Origin: Acidobacteriota bacterium
GTDB taxonomy: Bacteria > Acidobacteriota > UBA6911 > RPQK01 > JAJDTT01
Reading direction: 5' to 3'
Assembly (NCBI GenBank): GCA_965217775.1
Contig: CBDCJH010000002.1
Span: 672,001 to 736,000, forward strand
Length of the DNA stretch: 64,000 nt
The notes under the pieces were generated by a model. It was not told the DNA's origin. It worked only from the letters and a program-made list of their open reading frames with translations, and did not search any database. Both the position numbers and the translations under genes were made by a program. Position 1 is the first letter of the stretch. The number at the start of each line of letters is the position of its first letter. Below are positions 58,874 to 64,000 of the stretch, piece by piece.

Positions 58874-59316
58874 TCATTGTCCGGGCCGCCCCGAGCCGAT
58901 GACCTCGACCAGCTCCGCCACCACTGTCACGGCATCCTCATCCTCGGTCGTCAGTTCGATGGGCTGGAATTCCGGATTGACCGGTTCGAGCAAAATCCTG
59001 ACATGTCTCCAAACCTCCTCATCGGCCGTCTTCTCGCTCCGATAGCGCTTCACCGTGAAACGCTGGCCCGTATCGGGATCCACTTCATCCCGTCGAGATA
59101 GAGGCAGATACCCTCGTCCGGCTCGTCGTCCTCGGCACGGTAGATGACGTCCGGCGTGGTGGCCGGCTGCAACGGTGGTATGTCGTGGTCGAAGGACAAA
59201 CGGCGTCCCCACTCGTCGAATCGAAGGATCTTCGGTACACCTTCACCTCGCGATTCGAGGAATACCTGACCGGTGCGCCGGCTTCGAATCCTGGACCCGA
59301 AACTGACCGGGAGCTG
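58874..59316 (-). pseudogene. mosaic of three gene fragments (S24-like C-terminus; helicase/endonuclease-like piece; Schlafen-ATPase tail)
   Basis: 58874-59080 reads DPDTGQRFTVKRY...LEPVNPEFQPI. 59086-59220 reads TTPDVIY...GICLYLDG. 59224-59316 reads SRIRSRRTGQVFLESRGEGV, homologous to about 62304-62396. Confidence 0.6.
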
Positions 59317-59401
59317 GTCCGTTCTGAGTAGAGGTCGGAGAGACCTTGGAGGGGGCGCCAGAAACTTGTGATTTCCGACCCGCCCGGGTTCTGGCGTTCC
59401 C

Positions 59402-60688
59402 TCAGACAGGTGTCGGCGCGTCCTCCCCATCTCCACCGGCTGCATGGATCGTCAGCAGCAGTTCCGCATCGCCGATCAGGCGGTACTCCGGCGTTCTACC
59501 GGACAAGCGTTCGCTGTTGTCCAAGATGATGGGCACACCTTCTCCACGCTTCTCCGTCAGGGTTCGCCGATCCGTGTGAAGCCAGGGCTCATCCGGTGCG
59601 GGGCACTTCGTCACCAGGCTGCAGAGCGCTTCGTTCCGGGCCGACTGCATGAAGGGGAGACTCTCGATGGTCATGGAGTTGGCGATCGTCCCTGGAGAGT
59701 AGAGTTCCAGTCGGTTCTCGAACAAGCGCAGCCGGACCTTGGACCCGTACACCGAATAGTCACGATGCACGACGGCATTTACGACCGCCTCGAACACGGC
59801 CGTCATGTCGAACTGCGGACGGTCGATGCGCCCCTGGTCCTTGAACGCGGCGATCCTCATGTTTTTTGCGACGAACCGACAGGTCTCGATCACCTGACGG
59901 TCCAACGGCCCGGAAAGGTTCGCGGCGTCCAATTGATAAATGGCCCCCGGGTGGGCTCGAATCCTGTTTCCCCGATATGCGACCGCTTGAACGTAGGCGT
60001 TGGGCAGCCATCGCTGCGGGTCCTCACTGGCCATGAGCACACCGGCGACAGTGGGCCTCCACACGCCCTCCTCGTCCACCTGCGCCAGGTTGAGCTTTTC
60101 CAGAAAAGCCTCCCGGTCGTCGCCGGAGCGGGCGGTTCGAAAACGCTTCCAGAGGTGGGAGGAGAGATCGTCCAAGCGCGCCCGCGGAACGACCTGCTCG
60201 TCGAATCGGATAAGGCGAGTCTGGCTGCGTTGTTGAAAAAGTCGGGCGAGGTACTCCGTGGACATCCGCCGCTTGGCGTTGGCCATGCGGTGCAGATAGC
60301 CTCCGGGACTGCGGTGGACGAACAGACTGCGCGGCACGTCGATCTTGACCAAGGCGAGCTCTTCACCCGTGCGCGCAGGCAGTCGCAGATGTTCGACGAC
60401 AAGGGGCTCTACGGGCGGGTCGATCAAGTCGATGCACACTTCGCGGACAAAGTCCGTCACCGTTTCAAGACGATCGAGAGGAATGCCGACGACGTCATGC
60501 GTCTTGGCCTCGATTCCCAGGACGAGCCCGCCGCCGCGCGTGTTGGCGAAAGCGGCGATGGAGTCGGCAAGTGAGTCGCGGTGTGGTGCGGTGACCCGAT
60601 GACCGGCAAACCGCACCTCTTTGACTTCAAGGTAGGAGTCTTCTCGCAGTCGAATCTTGTCCAGCAGTTTCTTCCTGCCATTGAACAT
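59402..60688 (-). CDS. Schlafen/AlbA_2 domain plus RecG-C-like (HATPase_c_4) ATP-binding protein
   Basis: LEVKE, AFANTRGG.LVLGI, EAVVNAVVHRDY, ELYSPG, RNEAL, EKRGEG. Confidence 0.88.
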   Translation of the reverse strand: MFNGRKKLLDKIRLREDSYLEVKEVRFAGHRVTAPHRDSLADSIAAFANTRGGGLVLGIEAKTHDVVGIPLDRLETVTDFVREVCIDLIDPPVEPLVVEHLRLPARTGEELALVKIDVPRSLFVHRSPGGYLHRMANAKRRMSTEYLARLFQQRSQTRLIRFDEQVVPRARLDDLSSHLWKRFRTARSGDDREAFLEKLNLAQVDEEGVWRPTVAGVLMASEDPQRWLPNAYVQAVAYRGNRIRAHPGAIYQLDAANLSGPLDRQVIETCRFVAKNMRIAAFKDQGRIDRPQFDMTAVFEAVVNAVVHRDYSVYGSKVRLRLFENRLELYSPGTIANSMTIESLPFMQSARNEALCSLVTKCPAPDEPWLHTDRRTLTEKRGEGVPIILDNSERLSGRTPEYRLIGDAELLLTIHAAGGDGEDAPTPV

Positions 60689-60926
60689 CCTGAAGCTCCC
60701 GGGGACTCGACACGGGGATTCTCGGACCCACGAGCCTACGTCGTCGCCGCCGGAATGCCGGAGGGACGCATGGAACGGAAAGTATGCCAGCAGAAAATGA
60801 AGACTTCAGCCCCTGCGGGACGAGTCGTCAGGTCTTTTCGGCGTGGGATGGCCCTGCGTCGACAGGCTCGCAAGTTGACATTCGGTAGCGGTCGACCTAT
60901 GGTCGCGATCCATCGGAGACTGAAGG

Positions 60927-61376
60927 ATGAAAACAGTCGCAACCATCTGCAGACTCGGCCCGGAAGAGGCGGCCGAGCAGGTATTCAGAGCGCACGAGCA
61001 CGAAAGCGCCTGGCTCGACGCTTTTGCCAACAGCCTTGATCGCCGGCGCGCGGGCGGGTCCTTGGCGCGAACCCTCGAGGTATGGGATCTGAGCCAAGCC
61101 GAAGCGGCCCGTCTTTTCGGGGTGAGCCGCCAGGCGGTCGGCAAATGGCTGCGACGGGGCGTGCCCCCGGAGCGCGCTGGTGCAGTCTCGGACTTGGCGG
61201 CTGCCACCGACCTCCTCGTGCACTATCTCAAACGTGACCGAATCCCGGCCGTCGTGCGCAGGCCGATCCCGTCGCTTGGTGGCGTGTCCCTGGTGAACCT
61301 GCTGGCACAGGGTGACACGCGAGCGTTGGTGGCGGCATGCCGCGACATGTTCCGGTTCGAGCGAGTGCAGGCGTGA
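60927..61376 (+). CDS. HTH/Xre antitoxin (MbcA/ParS-like) of a RES toxin
   Basis: LSQAEAARLFGVSRQAVGKW HTH and C-terminal RRPIPSLGGVSLV; GTGA overlap with the RES gene. Confidence 0.82.
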   Translation: MKTVATICRLGPEEAAEQVFRAHEHESAWLDAFANSLDRRRAGGSLARTLEVWDLSQAEAARLFGVSRQAVGKWLRRGVPPERAGAVSDLAAATDLLVHYLKRDRIPAVVRRPIPSLGGVSLVNLLAQGDTRALVAACRDMFRFERVQA

Positions 61377-61969
61377 CCCAGGAACTGCGGCGTGAAACGG
61401 TTCCGGATGTCCACGTCTGGTGGCGTATCGCCGATCCGGCATGGACCGATCCGCTGGATCCGAGTTTGGCGGGGAAGCAAGGTGGACGCTGGAACCCGCC
61501 GGACAGTTTCCCCGTGCTCTACCTGAACGAAGACATGATGACGGCGCGCCTGAATCTTCGGGCTTTCATCGCCAAGTGGCCATATGAACCGGAAGACCTT
61601 CGCGATGACACGGGTCCGATTCTGCTGGGCTGCGTCCTGCCGCGCCGGCAGGTCGTCTGTGACGCACATTCCCAGGTTGGTGTTCGCGCTCTCCGGCTAC
61701 CCGACACCTATCCGTTCGAAGCGGACGGAACACTGGTGCCGCAGGTTCGCTGTCAGTCCATCGGAGTGCGGGTCAAACCGGCGCGTCTACGCGGCGTTCA
61801 CGCACGATCGGCGCAATCCCGGGACCCTTCTGATCGCGAGTTGGCCTGGTTTCCCGCCTCTGTTCGCAGCGTTGCTCGACGGGTGCGAACGCTCGCGTTC
61901 GCGGCGTGGTATCGGGGTTCGCCTCGGCAGAATCGATCTGTTCAATCGGCGCGCCAGTTGGACAGGTGA
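61373..61969 (+). CDS. RES domain toxin (NAD+ phosphorylase/ART-like)
   Basis: WWRI, GGRWNPP, PVLYL, GVHARSA; GTG start at 61373. Confidence 0.82.
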   Translation: MTQELRRETVPDVHVWWRIADPAWTDPLDPSLAGKQGGRWNPPDSFPVLYLNEDMMTARLNLRAFIAKWPYEPEDLRDDTGPILLGCVLPRRQVVCDAHSQVGVRALRLPDTYPFEADGTLVPQVRCQSIGVRVKPARLRGVHARSAQSRDPSDRELAWFPASVRSVARRVRTLAFAAWYRGSPRQNRSVQSARQLDR

Positions 61970-62004
61970 TCCTTCAGGTCCTCCAGCAACGGTTGGAGGT
62001 CGCT
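61942..62004 (-). pseudogene. diverged remnant of the 3' end of the ATPase/TOPRIM gene
   Basis: SDLQPLLEDLKDHLSNWRAD* versus SDLQPFLENLKDHLSKWRTD* at 63550-63612. Confidence 0.8.
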
Positions 62005-62034
62005 CTGGAGAAAAACATCGGGACGCCCAGGACA

Positions 62035-62092
62035 GGGACATCCTTGTCCCCCACACTCCCCCCGGAATCGGCGGCAAGAAAACCGCCGCTCC
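62035..62092. repeat. REP-like palindrome pair
   Basis: GGGACATCCTTGTCCC and GGAATCGGCGGCAAGAAAACCGCCGCTCC. Confidence 0.65.
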
Positions 62093-62202
62093 CCCTGCCA
62101 CTCTTCTTTCTCACGGTTTTCCTCCGGTCCCCGGTGTAGTGGTCCTGACGGCACAAGAAAGTGACCGCAAGAAAGTGAATGTCCCCTTCTACACGATCGA
62201 AG

Positions 62203-63420
62203 TCAGGCGATGGGCTCGGGGTCCTTTGCCCACAGCGTCAGTCGAAGCTCGTCCCCGAACAGCTCGTACTTCGGGCGGCGCCCCGAGTGCGCTTCGCCGT
62301 CCTTGAGGATCTTCCGCACGCCCTCGCCTCGCGATTCCAGGAATACCTGTCCCGTGCGCTTGCTCCGGATCCTGGACAGGAAACTGACGAGGAGTTGGTT
62401 GCGGGTGAATGTCCGGTAGGGCATGTCCTGGAGCGTGATGGTATTGGGCAGCTTGCCCGGGCTGTACAGTTCCAGCCGGTCAGCGAACAGGAAGAGACGG
62501 ATCTTGGAGCCGGCGATGGCGTAGTCTCGATGGGCGACCGCGTTGACGATGGCTTCGTCAACGACGTCGATGTCGTACCGGGCACCAGCACCGGCGGAGA
62601 CTCCGGTTGGCATGAAGCGGGCGACGAAGGCGATTCCGGCGTCGATCTGATCGGATACGGGACCGGCCAACCGCTCCGCGTGGATCAGATCCTCCGAGGA
62701 CAGGCGGGTTCCGTGGTAGCATGCGGCTTCGATGGACCCGGAGGCAAGAAACTCGGTCGGCTCCGTTGCGAAGACGAGCAAGCCGGCAACGGTCGGTCGG
62801 TCCACCCCATCCTCGTCCCGGGACACGACTCGCGTATTGCGCAGCAGGTCGAGCCAGGGGATGATCGGCGACCGCCCGAAAAACGCTTCGAGTCGATTTC
62901 GGCTGAGATCTCCCACGGTCGCGGCAAGCACGAGCTGTTCGTCGAATACGTACTCCCGGCCGCGCTGCTGGAAGAGCCGGGCCAGTTCCGAGGGCGCCAG
63001 ATCCCGTTTCGTGGACCCGACCCGCGTGTAGTAACGGCCACCCGAAGTTCGGTGAACATAGAGGCCCCGGGCAACCTCCACCAAGACGATCCGCTCATCT
63101 TTCGCACCATCGCCTGGCAGCACCGCCTTGCGGACCAGCGGCCGGATCGGCGGGTCGCAGTTGTGGGTCGCGACGTTGAGGAGCCAGTGCTCGACGACGT
63201 TCATTTTCGCCAACGGAATCCCGGTCACTGCACCCGAATCATCAACGCCAAGGAATACGACGCCGCCCTCGGCGTTCGCGAACGCCGCCAACTCGCCGGC
63301 GAGTTCTTCGGTGTTGGGAGATAGGACGCCTCGATCACCGAAGCGCACCTCCTTGAACTCAGTCCGACCGTCTTCACCGGCACGAAGTTGGTCCAGAATC
63401 TGGTCTCTCGTGTCGAACAT
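62203..63420 (-). CDS. second Schlafen/AlbA_2 plus HATPase_c_4 protein
   Basis: TEFKEV, AFANAEGGVVFLGVDD, YYTRVG, EAIVNAVAHRDY, ELYSPG, RNQLL, ESRGEG. Confidence 0.9.
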   Translation of the reverse strand: MFDTRDQILDQLRAGEDGRTEFKEVRFGDRGVLSPNTEELAGELAAFANAEGGVVFLGVDDSGAVTGIPLAKMNVVEHWLLNVATHNCDPPIRPLVRKAVLPGDGAKDERIVLVEVARGLYVHRTSGGRYYTRVGSTKRDLAPSELARLFQQRGREYVFDEQLVLAATVGDLSRNRLEAFFGRSPIIPWLDLLRNTRVVSRDEDGVDRPTVAGLLVFATEPTEFLASGSIEAACYHGTRLSSEDLIHAERLAGPVSDQIDAGIAFVARFMPTGVSAGAGARYDIDVVDEAIVNAVAHRDYAIAGSKIRLFLFADRLELYSPGKLPNTITLQDMPYRTFTRNQLLVSFLSRIRSKRTGQVFLESRGEGVRKILKDGEAHSGRRPKYELFGDELRLTLWAKDPEPIA

Positions 63421-63549
63421 CGATCTACTCTCCAAGTCGTCCGGTATGAGGTCGGCATCGGTCAGTCACAGGTAGCGCTGAGCCATAGCACAGGTCGTTA
63501 CGATTGTGGAATCGGCGGGACGCTTGTTGTCGGAAGGAGGGCCATCGAC

Positions 63550-63999
63550 TCAATCGGTGCGCCATTTGGACAAGTGATCCTTCAGGTTTTCCAGGAAAGG
63601 CTGGAGGTCGCTCGTTTCGTCGGCAGCTTCGATCCGGGCGATCAATCGGCAGACTTCGGGACCGGTCCGGTTTTGTGCTTCCGCCAAGTTGTAGAGCTTG
63701 GTCTTGGCAATTGCAGATTCGATATCGGTCGCGGTGCTGTAAAGTGCGTCCAAGCGCCGGATTTCTCTGGCCAGGCTCTCCGAGTCGATTCCCAGCTCTT
63801 GGGCATAAACGTGGGGCGCCTCTTTCAAACGTCTCCAGATCCAGATTTCCGGAGCATGTTTGCCGGGTAGATACAAGATTGGGACACGGATTCTGTCGGC
63901 GCTCTCGCGTATTTTCCGAGCCACATCGCTCTTTTGCTGATCACCGTCAAGGACGAACACGAAATTGTCCAGCAAGCCGAACTTCCTGAACGCCGCGGC
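63550..63999 (-). CDS. C-terminal part of a probable AAA-ATPase/OLD-like TOPRIM nuclease (start outside the window)
   Basis: The frame is open to the window edge and contains FVFVLDGD (TOPRIM-like DxD) and LPGKHAPE. No ATPase motif is visible in the window. Confidence 0.55.
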   Translation of the reverse strand, partial: AAAFRKFGLLDNFVFVLDGDQQKSDVARKIRESADRIRVPILYLPGKHAPEIWIWRRLKEAPHVYAQELGIDSESLAREIRRLDALYSTATDIESAIAKTKLYNLAEAQNRTGPEVCRLIARIEAADETSDLQPFLENLKDHLSKWRTD

Positions 64000-64000
64000 G

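Noticed and set aside
42008-64000. tRNA-Ala-anchored integrative element containing the giant gene and the island
   Set aside because: I saw no integrase and no duplicated tRNA 3' end in the window. An attR beyond the right edge cannot be excluded.

Overview
GC-rich bacterial chromosomal window. The gene content suggests an Acidobacteriota-like, possibly host- or sponge-associated organism (inference only). Housekeeping and metabolic genes include the 5' part of proB, a CitE-like lyase, Gfo/Idh/MocA oxidoreductases, a PVC-type heme/HEAT dehydrogenase, SRAP, MlrC, an MBL hydrolase, beta-propeller hydrolases, an Nramp-like permease, Prx6, an SSS/AKR/GT4/heparinase-II-III cluster, a class III aminotransferase, xylA/xylB, pdxH and tRNA-Ala(GGC). 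These are interleaved with accessory DNA: a Fic gene between duplicated citE segments, a YhaO/YhaN (Mre11/Rad50-like) pair, Cache-domain exoproteins, a group II PLP decarboxylase, a 14.7-kb giant surface-protein gene, and a decaying toxin-antitoxin/Schlafen island at the right end. The most notable observations are: (1) an unnamed ~230-aa C-terminal module (FAHFxNG...FTTLPVxP) occurring four times on unrelated exported proteins, a candidate sorting or anchoring domain; (2) a sigma54 promoter with an IHF-like site aimed at a ~98-nt hairpin, a candidate ncRNA; (3) an AADC-family enzyme with Met at the catalytic-loop Tyr position; (4) single-base active-site changes and diverged gene-end remnants in the island; (5) a MITE and a REP-like palindrome family. 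All functional calls come from recognising motifs by eye; no database searches were run.
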